The notes: a model not told the origin generated them from the letters alone. Shown: positions 17,839 to 29,456, counted from the stretch's first letter. The stretch: DNA of 64,000 bases from Bacteroidota bacterium (GCA_041158165.1 JBEBBW010000002.1:19185-83184); one strand, 5' to 3'. Program-made: numbers and translations.

Positions 17839-18720
17839 ATGAATCCCGTGCTCACTTTTCTGAAAGGCATCGCTATGGGCGCTGCCGACGTTGTTCCAGG
17901 TGTTTCGGGCGGCACCATTGCCTACCTCACCGGAATTTACCAGCGACTCCTCGACGCCATTCACGCTGCTGGTGGATCGATGTGGGTTGCGCTTCGCCGC
18001 GAGGGCATCGTCGCCGCGTGGAAGGCCGTTGACGGGTGGTTTCTGGTTGCCCTGCTTAGTGGAATCGGTGTGTCCATTTTAAGCCTTTCCAAGCTTGTGC
18101 TGTGGGGTCTTGACACGCACCCCACCGTGGTATGGAGCTTCTTCTTCGGCCTCATCGTAGCGAGCTTGAAGATGCTGTTTCGCGACGTGCGCGGCGCTTG
18201 GCTCGTGTTTGCGCTCGGAATTGTACTCGGATTTGTGCTTTCGTCAATGCCCGCCGGCCACGTTGCGCTCACGCCCGCGTTCACGTTTGTCGCCGGATTT
18301 TTAGCCATTTGCGCAATGATTTTACCCGGGATCTCGGGGTCGTTCATCTTGGTGCTCTTGGGCGCATACGAACCCATTTTAAACGCCTTGCACGAGCGCG
18401 AACTGACCACCGTGGGTATTTTTATCGTGGGATGCGTGCTCGGACTGCTTACGTTCGGACGCTTGCTTCGCTGGCTCTTTCACCGATTCGAGCAAGCCAC
18501 GGTATCGTTGATGACGGGCTTCATCGTGGGTTCGCTCGTCAAAGTTTGGCCGTTCCGAAGCACCTGGCAAGGTTGGGAAATTCCCGTTTCTCCCTCGGCA
18601 TGGCAGGCCGAAACCGGACTGCCGATCGCCTGGGGCGCCATCGCCCTAGCGGCATTGGCGGGAGCGGTGCTCGTGCTGGGCTTGGACCGCTGGGCGCAAT
18701 CGCGCCAAGATTCGAAGTAA
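17839..18720 (+). CDS. DUF368 family membrane protein
   Basis: MNPVLTFLKGIAMGAADVVPGVSGGTIA is the DUF368 signature, repeated internally as ILPGISGSFILVLLG. I trimmed the start to ATG 17839, just after the TPR gene stop. Confidence 0.85.
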   Translation: MNPVLTFLKGIAMGAADVVPGVSGGTIAYLTGIYQRLLDAIHAAGGSMWVALRREGIVAAWKAVDGWFLVALLSGIGVSILSLSKLVLWGLDTHPTVVWSFFFGLIVASLKMLFRDVRGAWLVFALGIVLGFVLSSMPAGHVALTPAFTFVAGFLAICAMILPGISGSFILVLLGAYEPILNALHERELTTVGIFIVGCVLGLLTFGRLLRWLFHRFEQATVSLMTGFIVGSLVKVWPFRSTWQGWEIPVSPSAWQAETGLPIAWGAIALAALAGAVLVLGLDRWAQSRQDSK

Positions 18721-18723
18721 GCC

Positions 18724-19500
18724 ATGCTGCGCTTCGGACTGCTCCGGGTCGCTGGACCGCCCTCTCGGTCGCCGGAACTCTACCGCGCACTATGGAAGGG
18801 GCATTCCCTTGAACGGGAGCTGACCTACGACGTCCTTGAAGTCGCCCCGCGCGAGGACTGGGGACCCTGGCTTCGCCAAGCCCACCACGACGGCTACAGT
18901 GGATTTAACGCGACGATACCCCATAAAATCGATGTGTGGCGCAGTATTCCGTTGAGAACGCCTACCGCCGAGGCAGTCGGCGCCACCAACTGCATCGCGC
19001 GAACGGCCGACGGCTGGGTTTGCCACAACACCGACGCCGACGGATTTTGGTACGCCTGGGAGTCCGCCTGGAACGGGTACCGCCCCCGGCACCAACGGGC
19101 ATGGCTGATCGGGAACGGCGGCGCGGCCCGAGCGATTGCCCACGCGCTGAGGGCACGAGGTTTTGACGTGTTGGTTTTTGCGCGCAGCCCCCGCCCTGAC
19201 TTTTTTGATTTGGCGCAGCTTCCGTTGGAAGCAACTGCCGATGCAGCTCGGCCCGACCTGGTCGTCAACGCCACGTCGTTAGGCCACGGAAGCCAGCATT
19301 CACTGGCTCCGGCCATCGTTTGGCCCAACATGCGCGGCGCTTGGGCCGTCGACGCCGTGTACGGACCCGAGGCCACGCCATTCCAACTTCAGGCTGCTCT
19401 GGCGGGCGCTTCGGTCATGGACGGAATGCCAATGTTGCGCATGCAGGCAAAAAAAGCTTGGGAGTATTGGGTAGAAGTGCTCGGTATGCCCGACTTTTGA
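18724..19500 (+). CDS. aroE: shikimate dehydrogenase
   Basis: 258 aa. It has SRSPELY.., GFNATIPHK (the NVTIPHK-type motif) and the Rossmann motif LIGNGGAARAIAHAL. Confidence 0.85.
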   Translation: MLRFGLLRVAGPPSRSPELYRALWKGHSLERELTYDVLEVAPREDWGPWLRQAHHDGYSGFNATIPHKIDVWRSIPLRTPTAEAVGATNCIARTADGWVCHNTDADGFWYAWESAWNGYRPRHQRAWLIGNGGAARAIAHALRARGFDVLVFARSPRPDFFDLAQLPLEATADAARPDLVVNATSLGHGSQHSLAPAIVWPNMRGAWAVDAVYGPEATPFQLQAALAGASVMDGMPMLRMQAKKAWEYWVEVLGMPDF

Positions 19501-19518
19501 GGCCCAATTCAACTCTTT

Positions 19519-21369
19519 ATGCCATCCGCTATGATGGAACACGACCAAAATCCCCAAGAAGGGAGTGCGCACGAAGTACCCAGCCAGGATCTCGAGGCCA
19601 CAACCCTAGAGACCGCAACCGCTGAAACGCCCGCCGTTACGACCGCAGACGAACCCGTCGCCGCCGAAGAATCCGCGCAGGCCATCGAATCCGAAGTCGA
19701 TTCCAACGACGAGGCAGCGACCGAACCCGCTGCGTCGACGGCTGAACCCGCGAGCGACGTTGCGACGGAGTCCGCGAGCGACGAGTCCGACGACCACACT
19801 GAAGAAGAGCGCGAAGCCCACGAAGACCATTCGGCCGACTACAGCGAAATGAGCGACGAGGAACTGCTCGCAGAGGCTGCGCGCGTGCTGCGCGAGGTCC
19901 CCATTGCCGACGCCCGCGTGCCGATGCTTGCGCTACGCAACACCCTGCTGCCCCGACTAGACGAAGAGCGTCAGGCGGCCTTGGATGCCTTTGTCGCCGA
20001 GGGGGGCAACGCTATCGACTTTCATTATGAGCAGAAGGTGCGCGAGAAATTCTACGAAACCTACAACGAGTTCAAAAAGCGCCGCGGTGCGTGGAAGGCC
20101 GAGCAGGAGCGCGCCCTTGCCGTGAACCTCGACGTGAAAAAAGCCATCGTAGACGAACTCAAGAAGTTGGCCGAAAGCGAAGAGCTTCCGACCCGCGCGA
20201 CCTACAACCAGTTCAAGAAGATTTTTGATCGCTGGAAGGAAGTTGGCCCAGTGCCCGCAGAGGACGCACGCGATTTGAACGCCACGTTCCGCTTTTTGGT
20301 AGATCGCTTTTACGACAACCTGCGCTTAAGCCAAGAGCTGCGCGAGCTGGATTACAAAATCAACAAAGAGGCTAAAGAACTATTGATCCGCGCGGTTGCC
20401 GAGTTGTCGACAAAAGACTGGTCGGCCAGCGTAGGCGCTGAGCTTCAGCGCATTCACACGGCCTGGAAGGAAATCGGACCGGTGTCGCTCGAAGATAAAG
20501 AGCCGCTTTGGGAGCAGTTCAAGGCTGCCTCCTCGGTGCTTCACGAGAAGCGCCGCGTGAAGTTTGAAGCGCAAAAAGCGCAAAATTCTGTTCGCATTGA
20601 GGCGAAAACGGCGAAGGTTGCAGAAGCGGAAGCCCTGCGCGAGCGCGCGCCAAAAAGCCACCAGGCTTGGCAAAACGTGACCGAGAAGCTGAACGAACTC
20701 CGCGCCGAATTAGGTAAGATTGGACGCACGTTCGGCAACCAAAGCGACGAACTCTGGGGCCGATTTAAGGCTGTGGAGCGCTGGGCCTATAAAGAGCGCA
20801 ACGTGTTTTACCGCGAACGCAAGAAGAACCTCAAGTCGGCCCTCGACGTGAAGCTCGCCATCGTTGTAAAGGCTGAAGCACTGGCGCAGCGCACCGACTT
20901 CGGCGCCGCGGCCAAGGAGATGAAGCAGCTGCAGCAAGAATGGAAAGATTCGGGCTTTGCTCCCAAAAAGCAGACCGACGAGCTGTGGGCTCGTTTTCGC
21001 GCCGCGGGCAACGCCTTCTTTGACGGAATGCGCGGTGCACAAGGCGAAGAACGTGCGGTGCGCCAAGTTGCCTTTAAAAAGGCCCAAGGAATGCAGTCTG
21101 CCCGTCAAACGGTGGAATTAGCACGCCGCAAGCTGGCTCAAATGGAAAACAACATGGGATTCTTCCAGTTTGCGAAGCCCGACAGCCCCATCGTGCAAGA
21201 CGCCCTCAACAAGGTCGACCAAGCCCGACGCGAGCTGGAGGCAGCAGAGAAAGCGTTCCGTGCGTACCAGCAGGCAGAGCGTGCGAAAACGGCTGACAGC
21301 CTTGCGCCTTCGTCGGACGCCCCTGCCGCTCAAGACCAGCCCGCAGCCGAAGGCAGCGAAAACGCTTAA
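19519..21369 (+). CDS. DUF349 domain-containing protein with acidic low-complexity N-terminus
   Basis: 616 aa. It contains repeated ~75-aa helical units with W(K/Q)E(I/V)GP motifs (RWKEVGPVP, AWKEIGPVS, EWKDSGFAP) typical of DUF349. The first ~110 aa are rich in E/D/A/T. Confidence 0.8.
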   Translation: MPSAMMEHDQNPQEGSAHEVPSQDLEATTLETATAETPAVTTADEPVAAEESAQAIESEVDSNDEAATEPAASTAEPASDVATESASDESDDHTEEEREAHEDHSADYSEMSDEELLAEAARVLREVPIADARVPMLALRNTLLPRLDEERQAALDAFVAEGGNAIDFHYEQKVREKFYETYNEFKKRRGAWKAEQERALAVNLDVKKAIVDELKKLAESEELPTRATYNQFKKIFDRWKEVGPVPAEDARDLNATFRFLVDRFYDNLRLSQELRELDYKINKEAKELLIRAVAELSTKDWSASVGAELQRIHTAWKEIGPVSLEDKEPLWEQFKAASSVLHEKRRVKFEAQKAQNSVRIEAKTAKVAEAEALRERAPKSHQAWQNVTEKLNELRAELGKIGRTFGNQSDELWGRFKAVERWAYKERNVFYRERKKNLKSALDVKLAIVVKAEALAQRTDFGAAAKEMKQLQQEWKDSGFAPKKQTDELWARFRAAGNAFFDGMRGAQGEERAVRQVAFKKAQGMQSARQTVELARRKLAQMENNMGFFQFAKPDSPIVQDALNKVDQARRELEAAEKAFRAYQQAERAKTADSLAPSSDAPAAQDQPAAEGSENA

Positions 21370-21372
21370 TTC

Positions 21373-23436
<2,064 letters not shown>

Positions 23437-23442
23437 AAAGAA

Positions 23443-23496
23443 ACTGGTTCCTAGTTTCTAGCCCGACACACGACGGACTAGAAGCCAGAAACCAGT
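23443..23496. terminator. 19-nt imperfect inverted repeat (16/19 matches) between convergent uvrB and the PPIase gene
   Basis: The arms are actggttcctagtttctag and ctagaagccagaaaccagt. An A-run upstream gives a U-tract on the minus strand. A second GC hairpin follows at about 23505-23527. Confidence 0.5.
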
Positions 23497-23527
23497 AACC
23501 TGAACGCTCGGGCGGTTCGCCCTGAGC

Positions 23528-24706
23528 TTAGTGCTTCACCACGTCTTCAATCCACACGTCGAAGACCAGCGTGGCATTGGGCGGAATCACGCCTCCTGCA
23601 CCCGCTTCGCCGTAGCCAAGGGCCGGTGGAATAATGAGCTTGGCGTGGCTACCCTTTTTCAGGCCGATCAGGCCTTGCTGCCATCCTTTGATTACGCGAC
23701 CTTGGTTGCCGCACTGAACCGGGAATCCTTCGTAGGGCTCGCGCTGGGGGTTGTACTGGCCCCATGCCTTGGCAATCTCTTTGACGCTGCTGTCAAACGG
23801 TTTGCCGTTGTTCAGGTAGCCTGCATAGTGAACCAGGGCTTCATCTCCTGATACCATGGGCTCGCCCTCACCTTCGGTGACGACAAGCACTTTCAGCCCT
23901 TCGGCACGGCTCTCGGCCTTGGCTACCCACTCCGCGTACTTTTTCTCGAACTCGGCGGAATTTACGGTGCCGTTGGTGAACCAAGTAAAGTCGGCGGCGC
24001 GGGCTGCACCCTTGGCAGCCGCTTCTTCTGCGGCCTTGGCTGCTTTCGCTTGAGCGCCAGCAACGCCTTCGGTGAAGACTTTCGCGGCATCAAACTCCTT
24101 CGCGGCCTTTCCTTGACGAATGATTTTCACCTTCATGGTGATGGGCGTCTTGGGCATGTCGCGGGGATCGCGTTCTGCGTTGGCAATCTCCGTCACCTTC
24201 TCGAGGCCTGAAATCACCTTGCCAAAAATGCTGTGGCGGTCGTCAAGCCAGGGCGTGGCCACCTCGGTGATGAAGAACTGCGAGCCGTTGGTACCGGGTC
24301 CGCTGTTGGCCATCGACAAAATGCCGGGCCCGCTGTGGCGAAGTGTGGGGTGGAATTCGTCGGGAAACTGGTAGCCCGGACCGCCGGTTCCGCGGCCGTC
24401 GGGATCCCCGCCCTGAATCATAAACTGGGGAATGACGCGGTGAAAAATGAGGCCGTCAAAGAACGGCTCACCTTTTTTGGTAACCGTTTGAGGGTGGGTA
24501 CCTTCGGCAAGCGCCACGAAGTTGGCCACCGTCAACGGGGCCTTTTCCATTTCGAGTTGCACGAGGATGTCGCCCTTGCTCGTCTCGAACAGGGCGTAAA
24601 GGCCGTCACCGACCTTGATGTCTTGGTTATTCACGCGAATATCAGGTGTTGCGCCGCAGGCCACTGCAAGCAGCGCCGAAGCGGCAAGAAGCGATGGTTT
24701 AATCAT
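23528..24706 (-). CDS. dual-family peptidyl-prolyl isomerase lipoprotein (cyclophilin domain fused to FKBP domain, CFBP-type)
   Basis: I trimmed the start to MIKPSLLAASALLAVAC (lipobox). The cyclophilin core is PLTVANFVALAEG...FHRVIPQFMIQGGDP. The C-terminal FKBP core is ..GRVIKGWQQGLIGLKKGSHAKLIIPPALGYGEAGAGGVIPPNATLVFDV... Its ATG overlaps the upstream stop as ATGA. Confidence 0.9.
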   Translation of the reverse strand: MIKPSLLAASALLAVACGATPDIRVNNQDIKVGDGLYALFETSKGDILVQLEMEKAPLTVANFVALAEGTHPQTVTKKGEPFFDGLIFHRVIPQFMIQGGDPDGRGTGGPGYQFPDEFHPTLRHSGPGILSMANSGPGTNGSQFFITEVATPWLDDRHSIFGKVISGLEKVTEIANAERDPRDMPKTPITMKVKIIRQGKAAKEFDAAKVFTEGVAGAQAKAAKAAEEAAAKGAARAADFTWFTNGTVNSAEFEKKYAEWVAKAESRAEGLKVLVVTEGEGEPMVSGDEALVHYAGYLNNGKPFDSSVKEIAKAWGQYNPQREPYEGFPVQCGNQGRVIKGWQQGLIGLKKGSHAKLIIPPALGYGEAGAGGVIPPNATLVFDVWIEDVVKH

Positions 24707-25221
24707 AGTACGCGAAGGTAGTACACAAGCGGACTCATCGGAGGCACACGTCCCGCCCCAGCGAGTCCGTGCCCCAAGTGAGCCGGAAGGAGCAGAACTA
24801 TGCTGTCGCCGTGGTGCGCACGCTGCAGCGCATACTGCAGGCCCCAAACGGCGTCGGGGTCGCGAAGCACGCGAACCTCGCGCGTGCCCGACTCAAAGAC
24901 CTCGCCGTGAACCCCCGTTAGGCGGTAGGCGATGTTCACGAGCTCTTTTTCGGCGACGGCAGGTCCGCTCCCCTGCACTACGCGCCATTCGTAGGCACCA
25001 GACCCCGCCGGCGCAAAGGCCCATTGGGTCGAATCCATGAAGGATTTGAGGTAGGTGCGCTCCTGTTCGAGCGCCGCTCGGTTCTGCTGGATTAGCCGTT
25101 CTTGAACTTCGGCCGCGGTGAGTTGCGGGGCCTCAGGCTCGGTATCTGGACGTTGGCATGCGGCGAGCGCTGCCACCACAGCAACTACCGCCGCTCGTCG
25201 GAACGCACCTAAGCCAACCAT
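24703..25221 (-). CDS. FKBP-type peptidyl-prolyl isomerase lipoprotein, GldI-like
   Basis: 172 aa with a lipoprotein signal ending ..VVAALAAC. The FKBP-like C-terminus is ..GLQYALQRAHHGDSIVLLLPAHLGHGLAGAGRVPPMSPLVYYLRV. Its size and its position between a DHH phosphoesterase and a second PPIase fit GldI. The assignment is tentative. Confidence 0.7.
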   Translation of the reverse strand: MVGLGAFRRAAVVAVVAALAACQRPDTEPEAPQLTAAEVQERLIQQNRAALEQERTYLKSFMDSTQWAFAPAGSGAYEWRVVQGSGPAVAEKELVNIAYRLTGVHGEVFESGTREVRVLRDPDAVWGLQYALQRAHHGDSIVLLLPAHLGHGLAGAGRVPPMSPLVYYLRVL

Positions 25222-26210
25222 GATTCCAGCTTTTGAATGAGTTCGGCTTCAGCGGCGGCGAGTGCCAAAGTAGACATTCCGCCGGCGGCGTTGCGGTGCC
25301 CTCCTCCAGCGAAGTGTGCGCGGGCAAACTCGTTGACGTCGCGATCGCCCTTGCTGCGGAACGACATTTTGATGAGGCCGGCAGCGTCTTCGCGGAGCAG
25401 CACACTCACGGCAACGCCCTGTACCGATAGTCCCCAATTGACTAGGCCTTCGCTGTCGCCGGCAACGTAGCCCGCACGTTCCAGGTCATCAAGCGACAGC
25501 GTGAGCACTGCAGCACGGCCCGAAGCTACCAAGCGCGCGCCGGAGAGTCCGTAGCCAAACGTTTTCAACCGACTCAGCGGATTGGAATCAAAGAGTCGAG
25601 CGTGGATGGCGTCGGGCTGAGCACCAGCTTCCACCAGCCGAGCCGCCGTGGCAAACGTTTGGGCGGTGGTTGACGGATACCGAAACGAACCCGTATCTGT
25701 AATCAAGCCCATGAGCAAGTTTTCGGCACAGGCCGGATCTACCGCGTCCCAGCCTTCGTCTGCGGTAATCAGGTCGGCAATCATTTCAGAGGTCGAACCT
25801 TTGGCCGTGTTGCTGTACTGGTCGGTAAACAAGGGATCAGGTTGCTGGTGGTGGTCGATCAAGACGTTGCGGCCGGCGAACTCGGCGACATTGGCCTCCA
25901 TGGCGGAACCTACCCTCGACGGGGTGTTGTAGTCCAGCGCAAAATGAAGTTCGGCTCGGCGGAAAAGTTCGGCGACTTCGCCCGGATCGCGCTCGGCCAC
26001 CGAGACGAAGGCAGCGCGAAACCCTGGGCTCTCTTGAAGCGGCTTGGAGGGCTCGTTGGGGAACAGCACGCGAACTTGGTGCCCCGACGCCCTCAGGTAG
26101 TGCGCCCAACCGAGCGCTGATCCCACCGCATCGCCGTCGGGGTTCCAGTGGGTGGTGATGAGGATTTGGTGGGCACGCTGCCGGAGCGTCCGAAGTACGT
26201 CATGGATCAT
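25209..26210 (-). CDS. DHH family phosphoesterase (NrnA-like oligoribonuclease/pAp phosphatase)
   Basis: 333 aa. It has [18 protein letters not shown] (DHH motif) and the DHHA1 motif [10 protein letters not shown]. Confidence 0.88.
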   Translation of the reverse strand: MIHDVLRTLRQRAHQILITTHWNPDGDAVGSALGWAHYLRASGHQVRVLFPNEPSKPLQESPGFRAAFVSVAERDPGEVAELFRRAELHFALDYNTPSRVGSAMEANVAEFAGRNVLIDHHQQPDPLFTDQYSNTAKGSTSEMIADLITADEGWDAVDPACAENLLMGLITDTGSFRYPSTTAQTFATAARLVEAGAQPDAIHARLFDSNPLSRLKTFGYGLSGARLVASGRAAVLTLSLDDLERAGYVAGDSEGLVNWGLSVQGVAVSVLLREDAAGLIKMSFRSKGDRDVNEFARAHFAGGGHRNAAGGMSTLALAAAEAELIQKLESWLA

Positions 26211-26223
26211 GCGGTAAATTTCG

Positions 26224-26231
26224 TACTTTTG
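26224..26231 (+). promoter_or_regulatory. -7 box TACTTTTG, 33 nt upstream of the ndk ATG
   Basis: Perfect TAnnTTTG match in the nrnA/ndk divergent region. Confidence 0.55.
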
Positions 26232-26264
26232 CGGCCGATTTTACGACCTCAATACCAACTTATC

Positions 26265-26687
26265 ATGAGCGCTACGAACCGCACGTTTACGATGATCAAG
26301 CCCGACGCGGTGGCCAACGGCCACATCGGTGCCATTCTCAACCACATTAACAAGGCTGGATTCCGCATCGTAGCCATGAAGCTGACCCGCTTGAGCGTGG
26401 CTGAGGCCTCTGAATTTTACGGAATCCACCGCGAGCGTCCGTTCTTCGGCGAGCTCGTCGAGTACATGACCAGCGGACCGATCGTTGCGGCGATCCTCGA
26501 GAAGGACAACGCGGTAGCGGACTTCCGCACTGTCATTGGCGCCACCGATCCCGCCAAGGCCGACGAAGGCACGATTCGCAAGCTCTACGCGCAGTCTATT
26601 GCCGCCAACGCCGTGCACGGCAGCGACAGCGACGAGAATGCCGCCATCGAGGGCGCATTCTTCTTCAGCGGCCGCGAGCAGTACTAA
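26265..26687 (+). CDS. ndk: nucleoside-diphosphate kinase
   Basis: I trimmed the start to [16 protein letters not shown]. The NAVHGSDS active-site motif is present. A TACTTTTG -7 box lies 33 nt upstream. Confidence 0.95.
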   Translation: MSATNRTFTMIKPDAVANGHIGAILNHINKAGFRIVAMKLTRLSVAEASEFYGIHRERPFFGELVEYMTSGPIVAAILEKDNAVADFRTVIGATDPAKADEGTIRKLYAQSIAANAVHGSDSDENAAIEGAFFFSGREQY

Positions 26688-26723
26688 TTCGGTGTTCCCG
26701 GGCTTCCCTCGGGCATCGGCGCG

Positions 26724-26749
26724 AAATCCCGCCCTGTGCGGGATTTTTT
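26724..26749 (+). terminator. intrinsic terminator after ndk
   Basis: AAATCCCGC-cctgt-GCGGGATTT followed by a T-run. Confidence 0.8.
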
Positions 26750-26756
26750 GTGCGCC

Positions 26757-27050
26757 CTATTTTAGAATTAACTCCTTGATTTCCAGTTGGTCTTTGAGTT
26801 CTTCTTGAAGCCCTTGTAGAAGCCGAGAATGCTGCGCACGGAGTTCGTGGCGCAAGGAGTCCGACGTGAGGAACACGGTAAGCCGTCCGTCGGTAAACGT
26901 CATCTTGCGGGTTTTTTGAACACCCGCTTCACCGAGGAGTGCGCGCCACGCGTTGCTGCACAGCGCAAGCTGAAAGGCCGGTTTGTGGCGGTGGTCCGCG
27001 AGCATGCGGCTAAGAATGCCATCGATGCCTTCGAGGTTGGGGCGCGGCAC
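26757..27050 (-). CDS. DUF721 domain-containing protein (recF-associated)
   Basis: 97 aa with a GTG start overlapping the recF stop by 1 nt. Its size and its position directly downstream of recF are typical of DUF721. Confidence 0.7.
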   Translation of the reverse strand: MPRPNLEGIDGILSRMLADHRHKPAFQLALCSNAWRALLGEAGVQKTRKMTFTDGRLTVFLTSDSLRHELRAQHSRLLQGLQEELKDQLEIKELILK

Positions 27051-28150
27051 TACGAAATAGGTGTTAGGTCGTGAACCATCGACTCTTGGTCGAGCGCTTT
27101 CAAGAGGGAGGCGGTGCGTTCGGGGTGGGTATCGCTTACGAAAATCTGACCGAAGCGCTGGTCGTTAACCATGCGAATGAGGCCCTCCACGCGCTGGGCG
27201 TCGAGTTTGTCAAAGACGTCGTCGAGGAGCAAAATGGGCTTGCGGCCAATGGTTTGGTGCAGCACTTCGAACGCCGCGAGCTTAAGCGCGATGAGAAAGC
27301 TCTTTTGTTGGCCCTGAGACCCTACGCGCTGAAGGGGATGGCCGTGTAGGCTGAATTCAAGGTCTTCGCGGTGGGGACCGGACGAAGTGTACTGCAGCAC
27401 GCGGTCTTTTGGCAAGCGGTCTGCGAGGAGTTGCGCCATCGATTGCTCGGCAAGGGCGCTGGCGTAGTGGAGTCCGACCTGCTCTCGCCCGCCTGAAATC
27501 TGTTCGTAGGCTTCTTGAAGCTTTGGGCCAAATTGCGCCGCAAAGCGCGTGCGCGCCGCAAACAACACCGGTGCCCATTCCGCCAGCTGCGCGTCGTACA
27601 GCTCGAGGGTATCGGCCTGAAACGTTCGGTTGGCGGCGAAGTACTTGAGCAGGGCGTTGCGCTGCTTGAGGGCACGCTGGTAAGCTTTGAGGGCGTCGAG
27701 GTAGCTGCGGTCGGACTGCGCAATCACCGAATCCATAAACGCGCGGCGCGCTTCAGAACCTCCATGAAGGAGGTCGTGGTCCCCCGGGCTGATCATGACC
27801 ACCGGAAAGCGGCCTAAGTGGTCGGAGATGCGAGGGTACTCAGCGTCGTCGGCCTTGAAAACCTTTTTTTCGCCACGTTTTAGCGCGCAGGTCACGGGCG
27901 TCGTGCCCGATTCGGCTCGAAATTCACCTTGAACCACAAAGAACGGCGCCTCAAACTGGATGCAGTGGGCATCGCTGGAGTGAAAAAAACTGCGCGTCAT
28001 GCACAGAAGGTGAACGGCGTCGAGCACCGACGTCTTGCCCGAACCGTTGGCCCCTACAAGCGCATTGAGTTTGGGCGAAAAGGTGAATTCGCCCTGGGCG
28101 TGGTTCTTAAAGTGGACTAGGCTTAGGCGATCGAGCACGACATCTTGCAT
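27050..28150 (-). CDS. recF: DNA replication and repair protein RecF
   Basis: 366 aa. It has the N-terminal LSLVHFKNH, Walker A GANGSGKTS and the signature motif SQGQQKS..LLLDDV. Confidence 0.95.
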   Translation of the reverse strand: MQDVVLDRLSLVHFKNHAQGEFTFSPKLNALVGANGSGKTSVLDAVHLLCMTRSFFHSSDAHCIQFEAPFFVVQGEFRAESGTTPVTCALKRGEKKVFKADDAEYPRISDHLGRFPVVMISPGDHDLLHGGSEARRAFMDSVIAQSDRSYLDALKAYQRALKQRNALLKYFAANRTFQADTLELYDAQLAEWAPVLFAARTRFAAQFGPKLQEAYEQISGGREQVGLHYASALAEQSMAQLLADRLPKDRVLQYTSSGPHREDLEFSLHGHPLQRVGSQGQQKSFLIALKLAAFEVLHQTIGRKPILLLDDVFDKLDAQRVEGLIRMVNDQRFGQIFVSDTHPERTASLLKALDQESMVHDLTPIS

Positions 28151-28154
28151 GCTA

Positions 28155-28162
28155 CAAAAGTA
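28155..28162 (-). promoter_or_regulatory. -7 box TACTTTTG, 4 nt upstream of the recF ATG
   Basis: The plus strand reads caaaagta. It overlaps the 10-bp palindrome TACCTAGGTA (28161-28170). Confidence 0.5.
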
Positions 28163-28183
28163 CCTAGGTATGCGCGCTTTGGC

Positions 28184-28191
28184 TATCTTTG
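28184..28191 (+). promoter_or_regulatory. -7 box TATCTTTG, 7 nt upstream of ATG 28199
   Basis: Perfect TAnnTTTG match. Confidence 0.5.
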
Positions 28192-28198
28192 CCGCCCT

Positions 28199-28900
28199 AT
28201 GGCAAAAGAGAAAAAAGAAATCGATTTGGTCGAGCGCCCCATTGAGGCCGTTGAAGAGACGCTTTCAAAAGCAGAAAGCTTCTTTCACACCTACCAAAAG
28301 CAAATCACGTATGGCCTCGGTGCCGTGGTCGCGGTGATTGCGCTGACGCTTGGCTACCAGGAGTTTATCGCTAAGCCCGCCGAAGAGGAAGCCCAACTCG
28401 CCCTCTACCCTGCTCAAGATGTTTTTGCCCAAGACTCCCTCAACCTAGCCCTCAACGGCAACGCCGAATTCATGGGTTTTGTCGAGATTGCCGACGAGTA
28501 CTCGAACACCAAAGCGGGCAACCTGGCAAACTACTATGCCGGCCTTTGCTACCTCGGACTCGGCCAGGCAGAAGAGGCTATTGATTACCTCGAGGAGTTC
28601 GACGGCGACGGCACCTTTCTTGACATTGTGGCTACGGGGGCCATCGGCGATGCGTTTGCCGACCTCAAGCAACCCAAAGAAGCCGAAGAGTACTACGCCA
28701 AGGCTGCTTCGTACGACGCCAACGAATTCCTGACGCCCTTTTTCTTGTCAAAAGCTGCGCTCGCCGCGGAACTAAACAGCGATTTGGACGCTGCGTTGAC
28801 CTACACCAAGCGCATCAAGGCGGACTTCCCGAACTCCGCTCAAGGCGCCAATGCCGACGCGCTCATCGCGATGTACGAAGCTAAGCTCGCCGCCAAATAA
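28199..28900 (+). CDS. membrane-anchored TPR-like protein (YfgM-like)
   Basis: I trimmed the start to MAKEKKEIDLVE. It has one TM segment (ITYGLGAVVAVIALTLGY) followed by TPR-like helices. Its stop overlaps the ribH ATG (TAATG). Confidence 0.7.
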   Translation: MAKEKKEIDLVERPIEAVEETLSKAESFFHTYQKQITYGLGAVVAVIALTLGYQEFIAKPAEEEAQLALYPAQDVFAQDSLNLALNGNAEFMGFVEIADEYSNTKAGNLANYYAGLCYLGLGQAEEAIDYLEEFDGDGTFLDIVATGAIGDAFADLKQPKEAEEYYAKAASYDANEFLTPFFLSKAALAAELNSDLDAALTYTKRIKADFPNSAQGANADALIAMYEAKLAAK

Positions 28901-29364
28901 TGGCTACCGCCGAGCGCGGACCCCTCGACCTCAGCGCCGCTCCCACTGCTAAAGGGCGGCGCTTTGCGTTGGTGGTGAGTTCATGGAATCCTGAAATCAC
29001 GAATGCCCTCGCCGACGGCGCAGCCCGAGTGCTCGAGCAGCTCAAGGCCGAACGCGTTGACCGCTTTGATGTTCCGGGCAGCTTTGAGTTGATCCACGGA
29101 TGCAAAGTGCACGCGGAATCCCTCGAATACGACGCCGTCATCGCGATCGGGTCGGTGGTTCGCGGCGAGACGCCCCACTTTGATTTTGTGTGCCAGGGCG
29201 TGACGTACGGCATCGCCCGGCTAAACGCCACCGGCAAAACTCCCGTGATCTTCTGTGTGCTGACCGACGACACCTACCAGCAATCGCTCGACCGAAGCGG
29301 AGGGCGACTCGGCAACAAAGGCGAAGAGGCTGCCGTGGCCGCCGTGCAAATGGCTGCGTTTTAA
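28900..29364 (+). CDS. ribH: 6,7-dimethyl-8-ribityllumazine synthase
   Basis: 154 aa. FALVVSSWNPEITNAL..VPGSFEL..DAVIAIGSVVRGETPHFDFV matches the lumazine synthase pattern. Confidence 0.92.
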   Translation: MATAERGPLDLSAAPTAKGRRFALVVSSWNPEITNALADGAARVLEQLKAERVDRFDVPGSFELIHGCKVHAESLEYDAVIAIGSVVRGETPHFDFVCQGVTYGIARLNATGKTPVIFCVLTDDTYQQSLDRSGGRLGNKGEEAAVAAVQMAAF

Positions 29365-29456
29365 CGAGCATCCGCCACCCGGGAACCAGTTCCTTTTTTC
29401 ACCGTTCCTGCGCGCCCCGTGCCACGGACCGAAGGAAGTTCCGAACTTTGACACCT

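Noticed and set aside
26757-28198. I considered whether recF marks a nearby replication origin.
   Set aside because: No dnaA or dnaN is adjacent. The flanking intergenic regions are only 48-69 nt, and I saw no cluster of TTATCCACA-like DnaA boxes or an AT-rich unwinding element.
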